Assembly (NCBI RefSeq): GCF_020745735.1
Contig: NC_083411.1
Span: 23,395,263-23,459,262, forward strand
DNA: 64,000 nt
From: Hemiscyllium ocellatum
Lineage: Eukaryota
Reading direction: 5' to 3'
Shown here piece by piece: positions 50,323-64,000 of the stretch. The first letter of the stretch is position 1, and each line of letters begins with the position of its first letter. The notes under the pieces were generated by a model. That model had not been told where the DNA came from, did not search any database, and worked only from the letters and a program-made list of their open reading frames with translations. Made by a program: the position numbers and the translations under genes.

Positions 50323-52539
50323 TCTTCTATTCTCATTACATTTGATTCTAGAATCCGTATTGCTAATTTTAAGGATTGAATACCAATTGCACTGCAAGTG
50401 CTCTTGAATGTTGTCTGATTGAGAAGACAGTGTTATTTTGTATGACAAGCCTTTATTTCTCTTCCCTTACTTTCTAAAATGGCTCTGAAACATTTTGTAA
50501 AAGACAAGTTTCAATGCATGAATGAAAGAGTTATGCTGAACATGCACGAATGTTTGTGTTCAATATAACTGGCACCATTTCACTATCCAGATGGCCAGAA
50601 CAGAAGGATGCACGCAGCAGCATGAACTAACACTTAATCAAAGAAGTCTTCAGTTTCAAACTCCTCTGAAGACAGTGGAAAGCACTTAACTGAATCTGAA
50701 GCCTCATGCAAGAAAAATGAGATTACCTACAACCGAAATGGAAGATCAGAGACAGTGTGAAGTGCAGTTATGGTTATGTATCTCAGACCATGGAACACCT
50801 CAGGTTGACGCTGTCCACTAAAATTGTTTTCCTGGTCACACCTACTCATTTTTTTCACTGAGCACTTGAGGAGGCCATCACATGGATAATCAAAACTAAA
50901 CATTTGTTTAAGTGCTTTTGTCACCACATGGAAATAGTGGTTGCAGTTTTATTTCATATACTTGATACATGTTATGAATTTGCTGTCTCACTGCTTGGTC
51001 TGAGTTTGCCTCAAACAGAGTATCTTATTTAAAAAACTGGACATGGATATCATGGGTATTGAAGAATCCAACAGATATTTATTACAGCTGACCATGATGT
51101 ACAAACCACTATCTTCACAGGCATTTGAGTGTCTGAGTACGCATTAAACTTAGTTATAATATAGGAGCATGCTTCCAGTGAGACAGTGTATAAGATCTTT
51201 ACATCTTGGTTACACACATTGTTAATTCCATAACTATATAAATCGGTAAAACAGTACCATGGTATCATTTCAAAGTTTGATGTAAAGCTTTGGAGCTTTG
51301 ACAACTTGCCTTGATATGGTGATTGTATACTCACCTTTAGAGGTACATGTTATTCTGTGTTGAATTGGTTGACAACTTGGTTTTCTTGCTGCTGGCTGCT
51401 GTCACTCAACATCACTGCAGAGTTATCAGAGTATCCTTTCTCACTCTCTTTATGCTGATTAGTGTGGCTTCTGATCCTTCACAATGTAGCACCATGATCA
51501 CTTATGACTTCATATGATCACTGCATATTTTGGAAACATTTTCTGGTATCCAAGTATTCATATTTCTAACTTACACTTTCTGTTGCTTTGTTTAATTTTG
51601 TACCTGCTCACTGGCAGTGTATCTCTTTAACTCATTGCCACCTTTGAAGAAAAATGTCTGGTTTCTCAGGATGGTGAGACAATTGGTTGCTGGGAAATAA
51701 TGTTCATAATTACCTTCTGAACGTATTGTACTGGGATACGGTAATCCCTTCAACATTAGTGTTGCACAAAAAAACAACGATGCAATGCACAAGTCTTGTC
51801 TTGTTGCCTGACATTGATTATCATTGATTTGCTATTACAGACCATTCATTCTGCTGAACTGTTTCAGCATGGATAGTGGAGTGGTGATGTGATATGGGTC
51901 ACTCCTCATCTATTACACATCTTTAAGCAGCTTGCCAGTCTGTGGTCTGTTGTCAGATACTATATGAACTCAGACACCAAATAAACTGGAGCTAGCAGTC
52001 ATGCTATCCGCAATAGTCACACTCATTCTGTTGCTAAATCTTCAGATGTGTTATCATAACCCATGTTTCCCTTTGTAATATGGACATGATATCTTGGTGT
52101 AATGCTATAACTATCAGGACTTATTTGTCCTTAAGCATGAGTTGAAGTGAAATAAAAGGTTTGTCTCTATATGAACAAAACTGGGAAAGTTAGAGAAGTA
52201 AGCAACACAATGCTGTAACATTCTCATATACTACAGATAGCTCAGTTGCTGCTTTCATCTAAAGAGTAGATGGAACGTCATATGTAGAGGCTCCTTCTGC
52301 TGTTGGACCTGGTACATTTGGAATGCCTCACATGCAATAGGAATTAATGAACATCCTGATTCATCACTGGTCAAAACACAGGCTCATGGATTATCCATCT
52401 CATAAGTTCAATACCCATGTTCCCTGGAGTAAGTTGGATGTGATATTGTAGTGTAATGTTTTTAGTGTTACAACTTGTTTGTCTTTGAAAAGGCTTCTTG
52501 TGATAAACCAAGTTTGCCTCTCTGTAGGAAAAATGAACA

Positions 52540-52630
52540 AATCATCTGGACTCGAAATGTTAACTCTGCTTTATCTCCACAGATGCTGCCAGACCTGCTG
52601 AGTTTTTCCAGCAGTGTCTGTTTTGCCATC
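52540..52630 (+). repeat. Penelope pLTR family B fragment
   Basis: ggactcGAAAtgttaactctgctttatctccacagatgctgccagacctgctgagtttttccagca. Confidence 0.75.
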
Positions 52631-52924
52631 CCTGGATAATGATCTTTTGCAACACTTCTAGTTGTTCATTTTTGGCAGTTGCCAATTTAAACTGACTCCA
52701 GCTGATGTGTAACAGCTTTAAGACCATCTTGGGCCTTGTAGCCTGGATCATCAACATGTAGATGAGGAGGAATAGCTTAGTCTTTGTGTGGGTTGGGTAA
52801 TCTGCTCAGTGTATCAGATGTCATCATCCTGGTAATTGGTTATATCTCACTTCAAAGCCATATCCTTGGAGATCATTGAATGAATTGACTGTGTATGTGT
52901 GCTCTGTTCCATCACAGTCAGTAT

Positions 52925-53280
52925 GGTTGGTGCTGCATTCAGGCCAGCACGTGGAGAGGGGTATTCTGTCACACTCCAGATATGTGCCTTGTAGATTGTA
53001 GACAGGTTTTGGCGAGTCAGGAAGTGACTTACACACTTCAAGATTCCTACCCCCTGACCTGCTCTTGTAGCCACAGTACTTAAATGGCCAGTCCAGTTCT
53101 GTTTCTGGTCAGTGGTAACCCCCAGGCTGGTGATTCTGGTGCCATTAAATGTTTAGGTGCAATGGTTATGTTCTCTTTGTTTGAGATGCTCACTGCCTGG
53201 TATTATTGTGGCATAAACAATTCTTGCCACTTGTCAACCCAAACCTGCATTTAGGCATGGACTGCATCAGTATTGAAGTC
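52925..53280 (-). mobile_element. Internal fragment of the jockey/CR1-group LINE
   Basis: tgacctgctcttgtagccacagt..agttctgtttctggtcagtggtaacccccagg matches 14700-15060. Confidence 0.75.
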
Positions 53281-53619
53281 GGCAGATACCGTCAAAATTA
53301 AAGCCTTCTGATTGCCTTATTCTGTAAATGTGGCTTGCAAGGTTAACAATATGGAAAGGTAAACAGCCTTTTAAAATTTGCCTTTAGTTTAGTTGACTCT
53401 GAATCCTAGTGTTTTGCATTTGTGTGCCTCCTTAACACTTGCATTGCTGCTAATGTGGTGGTCATGCACTATCATGTTGGTTGTCTGTGTTTTGTTCTCG
53501 ATCTGGCTTCGCCTTTCAAACCTAATTTCCTGCACTTGAATGCCCATTATCTTTGGGTGTCACATGCTTGAAAGCTATCAAGAAAGGCTGACATTGTTGT
53601 TGAATTGCCACTATTGCTT

Positions 53620-56600
53620 CAAATGTGTGTCTTTCTTCAAGTAGACCTCCAAGTAGTGGGGAGAAAGTAGAAGAGAACATTTGTAGGCAGGTTATGGAAA
53701 TCTGCAAGACAAGTAAGTTTGTGATATCTGGTGATTTCCATTACCCTGGGATTGACTGGGAACAAAGTAAAGTGTGGGGCACATAAGGAGAGAATTTCCT
53801 GCAGTATGTGCAGAAGAACTTTCTGGAACAGTACATTTTGGCCATTTAAGGTTCAAAGTTAATTTGGAAAAGGATGAAAATCAGTCAATGAATTAGACTC
53901 CAGATAGGAAAAGGACAAGTTGAATGGGAGGAGGTTGATTAGAAACACATTTGGGTGAATAAAACATTGGATGACAATTGGGAGAATATCAAAAGAGATA
54001 AATAGGATGTAACCTATGAGAAATACTCACAAGCTTTGGCATATCCAAAGCTAGACAACCTGGATCACTAAGGATATTGATAAGAAAATAAGGAAGGATA
54101 TGGAGACATATGATGCACATCAAAATAGCAATAGAAATCAGGAAGAGGATCTCAAATGCAGGAGAGAGGCTAAGGCTAGAATAAGGAAGGCTAAGAGGCA
54201 GCATGAGGAAAGAATGTAGGCTCTGCAGAAATAGTAGCAAGTTCTTCAAACATATTAACAGTAAAAGAATGGTGAAGGATTGAGAGGGGGCCAATAAGGA
54301 ACAAGCAGGGTTAAGCTGCTCACTGAAGCAGAATGGTATGGTGGAGGCACTAAATGCAGACTTTGCTTCTGTCTTTACAAATAAGAAGATGGTGGCAATG
54401 TCCCAGTTGAAAGTATGGGTATTGAGCATCTGAGCAGCATAATGATAGATAAAGAAGAGTTGCTAGCAAGGCTGGCACCACTCCAGATAGAGAGGTTGCC
54501 AGGCCCAATATAGGTTGCATCCTATATTGCTGAGAGAGGTAAGGGAGCAAACCATAGAGCCATTGACAGAAATTTTCCAAGCCTCTCTGTGCACAGGATT
54601 AGTCCCGGAGGACTGGAGAATTGCAAATCTGATGCCATTGCAAAGGATAGTCCAGGAAACTACAAACCTGTTGTCATGGTGGGCTCAAAAAATATATCCT
54701 AAAATCAGACCATTAAGAATTAATAGTTAAGGGTTAACTAGACGTGACAATGAGAAATTGAAATAAAGTGCAAAAGTACTAAAAAACACAGGCCTAATGT
54801 AAAACAGGCTGTTTTGACTGAGATGAAATTGCCTGAGCTTGAAGGGCAGTGAGAACCATCCACGTGTGTAGTCTAAATGGGGCCACCTGGACTTGATTTT
54901 ATTTTAGACTGTAAATGTACTGAAGGTACTATGAAATGGTGATACAGCACATAACCAGAATAGTATTAATAGCAAGGACTCTATTCCACTAAGGGACTTT
55001 CCCAAATAGATCAGGCTGGGAAGACTAGAGCCATGGGCTTTGACCATCTGACTGGGATTTCAGGATGAGTGCTTTGGAAACTGAGATAGAGTTCCATATC
55101 CTAGACGTTCTGCTTCACTCCCTGATGGCCAGAAGGCAATGAGACTTACTCGTTGAATATGTCTAAAGCACTTTAATCTAATAGACTCACTTATTAGTTC
55201 ACATATATGTAAAGTAAATGAAACTAATAAATTTGCTTTATATCAAAGCGCATGTGTCTTCTTACATTCATTTTGATCAGACCTCAAAGAACCTGTTGGG
55301 CACTTCCAACTCAACAACGTAACTGTCAATTTGACGTCAAAATGGGAAAACTGATGGAGGCCATAATACAGGATAAGTATTACACTAATATACACTCAGT
55401 GTACATTAATGTATTACACTGCCCAGCTTGTGCCATTCACCAGCCCTATCCCATAGCCCTCTAAATTCATCACTTTCAAATATATATCCAGTTCGTTTTT
55501 TAAACTATATATGGACTCTGCGTCCACCACTCTCTTAGGCAGCACATTCCAAATCCTAACAATATTCACTTAGAGAAAAATAAGTTAATATCAGGCAGAA
55601 AACATGCATTTGTCAACAGCAGGTCATGTCTGACAAATCTAATTGAGCTCTTTGACACAGGCAATCAATGGGGGTAGTGCTGTGGATGTCATATACTTGG
55701 ACTTTCAGAATGCATCTAATACAGTGTCACATGGCACATTGGTTAATAAATTCAAAATGGGTCCTTGGCAGCATGGATTGGAAGTTGGATAAAAGATGGG
55801 AAACAGATGGGCATTTCTCAGATTGGAGATGAGGTGAAAGTGATGTTCCCCAGGGATCAGTGTTGGGACCATTGCTTTTTCTGATATATATCAATGATTT
55901 GGAGATGAATGTTCATGGAAAAGTCTCTAAATTTGCAGATTTTCTTAGATTTTCCTAAGCTCGGGAAAATAGTGAATTGTGAGGATGACACTGAGAGAGT
56001 GCAGAGGGACATTGACAAGTTGACCAAATGGGCTGATGCCTGGCAGATGAATTTCAGTGCAGAGAAATATGAGGTAATGAATTTTGTAGAAAAAACACAT
56101 CGGGACAATATAGGCTCATTGGTACAACGTTGAATGGAGTGCAGAACAGCGAGACCCTCTGGGTTCCCAGGCATAATTCACCGAAGTTGACCAGGCAAGT
56201 TGAAACAGTTAAGAAGGCATGTAGGATCTAAGGGTTTATAAATAAGGGAGCAAGTACAAAAGCAAGGAATTGATATTGGTCAGATCACATTTGGAGTATT
56301 GTGATTTGTTATGGACACTTTATTTAAGAAAGGACATTAAAGTCCTGGAGAGCATGCAAAGGATATTTACTAGAATTATATCAGGTTTGAAGGGTTTAAA
56401 TACAAGGACAGATTAAAGAAATTAGGTTTTATTCTCATTGAGTAGAGAATATTAAGAGGTGACCTTTTTGAGGAGTTCAAAATTAGGAATAATTTTGACA
56501 AGGTAAAAGAAGTTGGACAAGATAAAGATATTTTCACTAGTTGCCATGTTAGTAGCTAGGATTTCAAAATTGCCAGCAGGAGATTTAGGAGTGAAATGTG

Positions 56601-56836
56601 AAGACACTACTCCAACAGTTATTAGGATTTGGAATGCACTGCTTAGGAGAGGGGTGGAGGCAGAATTCATGTTAAGTTTAAAAATAGAGTTAAATGTATA
56701 TTTGAAAGTGATGAATTTAGAGGGCTATGGAGATAGGGCTGGAGAATGGGACTAGCAAGGGAGTGCTTTCTGGAGCCAGACAGACACAATGGGTCAAATG
56801 GCCTCCCTCTGTACTGTAAAATTCTATGATTCTATG
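53620..56836 (+). mobile_element. Long old CR1 (EN remnant to 3' tail), heavily decayed, with nested inserts
   Basis: ggtgatttccattaccctggg.ttgactgg (GDFHYPGIDW), LVPEDWRIAN, tacttggactttcag (YLDFQ), gttccccagggatcagtgttgggacc, tail attctatgattctatg. Confidence 0.85.
54672..55322 (+). mobile_element. Putative solo LTR inserted in CR1
   Basis: 650-nt non-CR1 insert splitting NY(K)PV|NLTS; starts tgtc; 4-bp duplication ctgt at 54668-54671 / 55323-55326; AATAAA ~95 nt from the end; terminal CA absent. Confidence 0.45.
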
Positions 56837-57189
56837 AAACTCATGGTAATTGTTTTTTTAATAACTCTAGATTTATGAAAACTTGCAACCTATCTCCTTT
56901 CCTGTCTAGTCCTCCTTAATTTACTGAATACTTGTTTATGTATAGATTGAGTAGGAATGTAATTTCCTTGTATTTTGAATGTTTTGTTAATAAAACTCAT
57001 CTTTGATTTCATCTTAAAGTATTTTGTTATAGGTTCATTTCAAAAGTTGGAATATGAAACCAAGTTTGAGAAATACCTTTTGGCAACAGATATTTTACTT
57101 GATGCAATGTTTACATTATCTCCAGTAAATCAACCAACTCCCACAGTCGGCTTGACTATACATCCTCATACTCTGCATCATGTAAATAC

Positions 57190-58368
57190 TCTATTCCATT
57201 CTGCAAGTTCCTCCAGCTTTGTTGCATTGTTCTGGTGATGCCAACTTTGTCAGGCTTTCTTCAAATTGTCCACCTTCTTCCTCAGCTGAGGATTCCAAGC
57301 ACCACAGTGGACATGGGCCTCAGCCAAGTCCAACCCATCTCCTACACTTCGCAACGTCCCCCAACCCTGTCTCTTCCCTCCTACAACAGCCATAGGATTC
57401 CTCTTGTCCTTACCTACCATCCCACCAGATCCAGAGGATCATTTCTGCCACTCCCACCTCCCCTCCCTGGTCAGCCTTCTGTAAGGACTATTCCCTCTGG
57501 GACATGCCGGTCCACTCATCCTTCACACCCAACCTCTCCCTGCAGCCCCCACCCAGCAACCCTCACCCCCACAGCCCTCTGGAATCTTCCTGTACAACCA
57601 CAGAAGGTGTAATACCTGCCCATTTACATCCTCTCTGCTCAGTATCTGAGGGCCCAAACATATCTTCCAGGTGAAGCAGTGCTTTACTTGCACTTCTCAA
57701 ACTCTAATCTACTGCATTCACTGCTCACAATGTGGTCTCCTCTACATTGGGGAAATGAAGAGTAGACTGAGTAACCACTTCAAAAAGCGCCTGTCCTCAA
57801 AAAAGACCATGAGCTTCCAATTGCCTGCACCTCAACACCTGGCCAGCATCTCTGTCTCAAGCTTACTGCAGTGTTCCAGCGAAGCTCATCGCAAGCTGAA
57901 AGAACAGCATCTCATTTTCTGCTTAGGAACTCTATAGCCTTCTAGACTTAATATCAAGTTCAACCATTTTAGGGCTTGAGACATCTTTCTCGTGTGTCCT
58001 TACCCCAATTCCCACACTCCAGGTTTTGGTATCATATGGTCGTTATTAACATAACTCATTGTTAACCACTAATAATCCCCATCAGTGTCTATTCATCCTT
58101 CCAGGCTGACTGTTATCCATTCCTTTGTCTGTCCAACTGTACTCCTCTCTCTTTGGGCTCGATCTCTACCTATTGTTTACTTTTTACCTCCTCCTTATCT
58201 TCTCTATATAAAAAAAAACTCTTCTTCCTAGCTACCATCAGGTCTGAAGAAGGATTACCTGACCCAGAAAGTTGACTCTGACTTCTCTCCATAGATGCTG
58301 CCAGGCTTGGTGCGTTTTCCAACAATTTTTGGCTTTTGATTTCCAGCATCCGCAGTTCTTTTGTTTTT
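57190..58368 (+). mobile_element. Penelope-like element 3' part (GIY-YIG + pLTR family B)
   Basis: RIPLVLTYHP, FTCTSQTLIYCIHCSQCGLLYIGEMKSRLSNHF; pLTR gtCTGAAGAaggattacctgacccaGAAAgttgactctg at 58242-58280. Confidence 0.88.
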
Positions 58369-58649
58369 TTTAGACTTTATCACAGCTGACTGATTTGTTC
58401 AAACATTATTTTAAAAGGTATATAAAGTTCTGAGCTCTTAACATTAAGCTATTAATTATAACAATGGAGTGTGTCATGCTTCAAATGATCCCGTGATAAG
58501 GTGATGTATGAGATCTTTATACTCTCATGTCCTTTTCTATGATACAGTGATAATATTATAAACATGTGTCTTAAAGGCAGTCTGACAAACTGACCGTGAG
58601 ACCAACACAATACTGCTCCTTCCTGTTAGCATTGTTGTTGTTGAATGCA

Positions 58650-59006
58650 AGTTGATTGAGACATACAAGATTATGAAAGGATTGGACACTCTGGCAGCAG
58701 GAAACATGTTTCCGCTGATGGGTGAGTGCCAAACCAGAGGACACAGCTTAAAAATATGGGGTAGACCATTTAGGACAGAGATGAGGAGAAATTTCTTCAC
58801 CCAGAGAGTGGAGGCTGTGTGGAATGCTCTGCCCCAGAGGGCAGTGGATTCATTTAAGAAAGAGTTGGATAGAGCTCTCAAAGATAGTGGAATCAAGGGT
58901 TATGGAGATAAGGCAGGAAGCGGATACTGATTAGGAATGATCAGCCATGATCATATTGAATGGCGGTGCAGGCTCGAAGGGTTGAAAGACCTACTCCTAT
59001 TGTCTA
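58650..59006 (+). mobile_element. CR1 3' end, same subfamily as 35396-36445
   Basis: IETYKIMKGLDTLAAGNMFPLMGECQTRGHSLK; tail ctattgtctatt. Confidence 0.92.
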
Positions 59007-60489
59007 TTACTGAGCAGAGGGAAGGTGCAGTAGCAATCAACAGTATATCTAGGAAGAGGAGAAAAATCCAAAGAAAATATTTATACCAAAAACTTTTTAT
59101 AAGCAATATTAGCAATGACCCTGGGGCAGGTAACTGCCTCCTAACATGGGAGGGTAAGGAAAAGAGTCAAAAATCCAATGAACAAAGTTTTACACCCCTA
59201 AGAAAAAGAAAATGAACAATTTTCCTTACATAACAGCTTTAAAATGTTTTAATCTAATTCCATGCCTCATAATCTGTGGAAATTTCTACTGATGCTAGAG
59301 GCACAGTATCCTGCTGAGACGCCTCTGCAATATCTCTGCTACATTTTCAATACTTTGGCAAGGCCTCACCATCAGCAGCTGACATTTCAGATAGTGGATG
59401 TGCTTGGTTCAGGATTGAAAGACTTTTAAAACAAGCCTTTTAACATTATGGTGTGATCCAGTGACTATAGGTCCAAAATTGGACATTTTAAATTGACTCA
59501 GAGCTGGAGAAATCAGGCATGACAGAAAATTGGCCAAACTAAACTAAACAGCAATCAGCAGTTACTGGCTGGAGAGAACAGCAGAAACCAAGGTCAAAGA
59601 GGTTACAAAAGTTCAAAGGGAATGGGTTACAATCATCACGAGGATTGTGTGTTGAGTCGTGTCCATCAGACATTCTGGCTTCTTGACTACCTGAGTATGT
59701 ACACTTTTACATCTCCCACCAGTGCATCACTGAAGGCTGTCAACATGACTCCATTGGATGATTTGAACCCAGCTCATGACCCATCTGGCCAAAACCCACA
59801 GAACGTTCTGGAAGGTCACGTGCGAGGGGGGATAAAAATATACAACTGGAAACCACCCTCTCATGGCAGGAGACCGTGCGACAACCCAGGAAGACCCAGG
59901 CGAAGATCTGCCTTGACCTGCAAGACCCACCTTTGTGGAAGAGAGCCAATCCTACGTCAGAGAGGCACAAAATTCTAATGGCCTAATTCAAACATGTGGT
60001 TCGTTGCAGGTAATATCCTCTCTCAGGTGGATAGAGCTAGACAGTCATAAAATATTATGGGAATTTAGGAAATGCTCACATAATATTTAATAAGGAAAAG
60101 TTTGGTCAATAAAATGAGTTGAACTGCAATCTGAATTGTGTCCCTTTGTCCACCTCATCAACAAGAGTATTTGGATAAAGCATTTTCAATACATAAACTG
60201 GCTAAAATGTGCAAAGCACAGACAACAATTTGGTAAAATATTTATTAATTTTATCTGAGTTATTCTATTAAGCATTATCTTTTCTTACCAAATTTCACTT
60301 TGCCAGTCTCAAATGTTATGGATCTTTGCTGTGCTACAGGATGTATGACAGATAACCATTACTTAACACCAAAGAAAATGTCACAAAGCCCTACTAAGAG
60401 TCTTCATGTAGATAAAGAAAATGAATTTGTTGCATAGAAGATACACACTGATTGCAACTGATCTTTGACAATATTCAAAACAGGAACCG

Positions 60490-62100
60490 TTATAGAGCCA
60501 TCCAGCATGCTAACAGACCCTTCGGTCCATCTAGTGCACACTAAATTAGTCCCACCTTGGCCTTGGAAATGCGCTTGGTCCATTTCCCTTCAAACTTTTC
60601 TTATTCGTGTACTTATCCAAATGTCCCCTAAATGTTGTGACTGTACCTGCAACCATCACTTCCTCTGGTAATTCATTCCACATACTATCCACTCTCTGTG
60701 TAAAAAAAATTGCCTCCATGTCCTTTTTAAATCTTTCTCCTCTCGCCTTAAAAGTATTACCCCTAGTTTTGAACTCCCCCATCTTAGTGGAATGACCCTT
60801 GCTATTCACCTTACCTATGTCCTTATGATTTTATAAACTTCTATAAGTTTATCCCTCAACCTCCAATGCTCCAGTGAAAAAGGTTCCAGCCTATCAAGCT
60901 TATTTTTATAACTCAACACTCCATTCCCAGCAACGTCCTGGTAAATCTTTTCTGATCCTTCTCCAATTTAAAAATATCCTTCCTATAGCAGGGTGAACAG
61001 AACTGCACACAGTACTCCAGAAGAGACCTCACCAACATCCTGTATAACCTCAACACGACATCCCATCTCCTATACTCAAAGGTTTGCGCAATGAAGGCAA
61101 GCATGCCTTCTTAACCATCCTGTATACATATGATGCAAATTTCGAAGAGTTGGAATACAAAATGGCATTATAGTAGGAGACAGAGGATGATTTTCAGACT
61201 GGAATCTACCACTCCTCAGCCCATTTATCCAGTTGATCAAGATTAGATTACCTACAGTGTGGAAACAGGCCCTTCAATCCAACAAGTCCACACCGACCCA
61301 CCGAAGCGCAATCCACCCAGACCCCTACACCTAACACTATGGGCAATTTAGCATGGCCAATTCACCTGACCTGACCTGGACCGTGGGAGGAATCCGGAGC
61401 ACCCGGAGGAAACCCACGCAGACACGGGGAGAGTGTGCAAACTCCACACAGTCAGTTGCCTGAGGCGGGAATTGAACCCAGGTCTCTGGCACCATGAGGC
61501 AGCAGTGCTAACCACTGTGCCACCTACTAATCTCACTATAATCCTAAACAACCTTCTTCACTGCGCACTATATCACCAATTTTGGTGTCATTTGCAAACT
61601 TACTAACTATGCCTCCTATATTTTCATCCAAATCATTTGGACTCAGTACTGATCCCTGTGGAACACCACTGGTCACAGGCCTCCAGTCTGAAAATCATTC
61701 TCCACCAACATCCTCTGTCTCATATTATAATGCCATTTTGTATCCCCTGTAATCTAAGTTTACTAATTAGTCCATCACGCAGAATCTTGTCAATGGCTTT
61801 ACTAAAGTCCAGGTAAACAATGTCTACTGCTTTGCCCTCAATCTTTTTGGTTACTTGCTCATAAAATGTTAACAAGTTTGTGAGACACGATTTCCCTTGC
61901 ACAAAACTATGCTGATATCCCTAATCGTTTCTTACCTCTCCAAATACATACAAATCCTATCTTTCAGAATCACCTCCAATAACTCACTCATCACTGATGT
62001 CAGGCTCACAGGTCTATAGTTACCAGGCTTCTCCTTACAATCTTTCTTAAAGGCACATTAGCCATCCTCCAGTCCTCTGGCACCTCAGCTGTGGCTATAT
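60490..62100 (-). mobile_element. CR1 LINE 3' part with SINE insertion and an internal inverted templated segment
   Basis: GKSCLTNLL.FYE..VDIVYLDFSKA; LYRMLVRSLLEYCVQF; FFTQRV..WNELP. Confidence 0.9.
61240..61525 (-). mobile_element. Young HE1-type SINE nested in CR1
   Basis: Highly similar to 41912-42212. Confidence 0.92.
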
Positions 62101-62694
62101 TATACACCCCACAAAAATTGCATTGGTCAGGAGGAAAGTCAACAATGACTACTTCCTCACTGGAACTCTGGACATGCAAGAAATGCTGATTTTACTAACA
62201 ATGTCCACATCTCAACAGTGAGAATTTTATTTTAAAATGGGTTCACAAATGAAAATAAAAAGTATAAAAACACACGATTTAATTATAATTTTTCCTGAAT
62301 TGGGTGAAATGACTGCTGTCTCTTAACTGACCCATTTAGATATGAATGCTGTGGTGTGAATGAAATGAGCTGATTCAGAGAGTTATTGGTTCTGCAGGAA
62401 CAGCCCAGGCCTTACAGGTTGATTGGTGTGGACAAGCCTGGCTGTATCACTGCCAAGAAACTGAAATAATTATTTGAGCTGGACAGTTGTTTGGGGGAAC
62501 AGGAAATGAGTTCAAAAGCATGCTGTCGCTCCATTTGCAACTGCCTTGCCACATGACGAGTATTTCCAAATATATGAACAGGGTCACTGAGCATCATTTT
62601 TATTTCAGTTAGATGGAGGACCTACCATCAGTTAAAACATAATTGTTATTTTATTATTATTTGTGTATGCATATGTGGGTAATTTTTCTTTGGT

Positions 62695-63172
62695 ATGCAA
62701 TCAGAATGGTAATGTTTCTGAAATAGAATCCAGACACCTTGGTCAATATTCTGGAGACTGAGTTCAAATTCCACTGTGGGATGGAGATACTTAAATTCAG
62801 TGACTCAGTACATTTGGAATGATCCGAAAATAAAATACCGATCTCATTAATAACAATCCTCGGACCATCACAGTGTCCGACTCTATGATGGTTCCTGTTT
62901 TGAACTATTGTCAAAGATCAGTTGCAATCACAGTGCCTGAAACATCGATTTTCCTGCTTCTCGGATGCTGCCTGACCTACTGTGCATTTCCAGCACCACT
63001 CTAATCTTGACTCTAATCTCCACCATCTGCAGTCCTCACTTTTGTCATGAACACCTGCCTGGTTCAGCAATATCCTTCAGGGCAGGATATCTACCATCCT
63101 CATATAATCTGGCCTATATATGACGCCAGACCGATTGTAACGTGGTTGGTCCTTAATTGCCTTCTGAAATGA
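62695..63172 (+). mobile_element. tRNA-headed SINE or 5' end of its parent LINE, old copy, interrupted by a Penelope pLTR
   Basis: Box B agttcaaattcc; resumes ctggttcagcaatatccttcagggcagg..gtggttggtccttaattgccttctgaaatg. Confidence 0.7.
62933..63046 (+). repeat. Solo Penelope pLTR family A, truncated inside the hammerhead
   Basis: tgcctGAAAcatcgattttcctgcttctcggatgctgcctgacc..cagtcctcacttttgtc. Confidence 0.85.
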
Positions 63173-64000
63173 TGTAGGAAACTATCAAGTACTGGAGGAA
63201 AAAGAAATTGAAGGTGCACTTACACCATGTTGACTTTAGTGATTCAAGAACTTTCACTTTCAGTGATGTGACTTAGAAGAGTTCCAGAAGTGAAAGTCTG
63301 CATCTGTAGTACTTACCCTTGTATTATTGGAGGTTCAGGCTTTGGTAGGCACTACCAACGAAGCCTCGGTTACAACACACAGCACTATACAGAAGAACCT
63401 GTAGCCACAATAATGCATGCTGTGGAAATCCTGATCTGAACTGCTGCTCATTAACAGAAGCTAATATTGTTTTGTGAATACTGTGGCTCAACTCAATACA
63501 CTACTTGCAATCTTAGGATGCTTATGTTAGCTTAACTAAGCTTGTAATTTCAGGCAAATTTATTAAGCTGTAGGGCATGCCCTGACCTCATCCAGATGGA
63601 TGAATAAGAAGGCTGTAAGCAACCTCTGACATTGGTCACAGCAGATGCAGAACATATTTTGAATCTGTTTCCACAAGAAAGCCTCACAAATGTTAAAGCA
63701 TGCTTCATTTATTTCCAGTGGGGTGTTCAGCTTCATTGGTATGTTGATAATCAGCTTGCTGCTACTATACAATGAATAGTTTGCTTGCCCTTAACTGTGT
63801 ATCCCAAGCCACAACATTCTTTTTCTGCATTTCAGTTCACCTTTTTGAACTGAAGCAATGTTCAGGCCTTTTGAAGAAATGTCACTTAAAATAGCTTTAA
63901 ATTGTGACCACTTAGTGACATTAGTAAATAGATTTCTTGAAGGAAATTACCTGATGTCAGGGAATGACTGTCACCAAGAAAGGTGAATGGGAGTTTTGTT

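Noticed and set aside
59622-59978. 118-aa ORF in non-repeat sequence
   Set aside because: No recognisable domain or convincing splice signals; length compatible with chance
1-64000. Prokaryotic-type systems (CRISPR, operons, retrons, defence islands)
   Set aside because: No repeat-spacer arrays or dense coding; all RT motifs are vertebrate non-LTR or Penelope type

Overview
Eukaryotic, repeat-dense, apparently non-coding (intronic or intergenic) DNA. HE1-type SINEs, HER1/CR1 LINEs and SacSINE1-like sequence point to a cartilaginous fish, probably a shark (inference). I could not recognise a host protein-coding gene. The longer ORFs are decayed retroelement fragments or their antisense shadows. 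Contents: about 18 CR1 LINE fragments, often nested; 5 HE1-type SINEs; Rex1/Babar remnants; two Penelope-like elements (RT plus GIY-YIG); and many solo or inverted Penelope terminal repeats from 3-4 families that carry minimal hammerhead ribozyme cores. Main highlights: (1) small, TSD-flanked palindromic elements built from head-to-head hammerhead-bearing termini, one with an intact ribozyme core (4516-4728). (2) A ~3 kb single-ORF LINE with a tRNA-like (Pol III box A/B) 5' head, which looks like the direct parent, by internal deletion, of a bipartite SINE with 2-3 copies in the same window. (3) A Penelope element with a large inverted 5' segment. (4) A local inverted templated insertion inside a CR1. 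Repeat boundaries were read by eye and are approximate (about +/-20 nt) unless exact motifs are quoted. Family names come from recall of the motifs, not from database searches.
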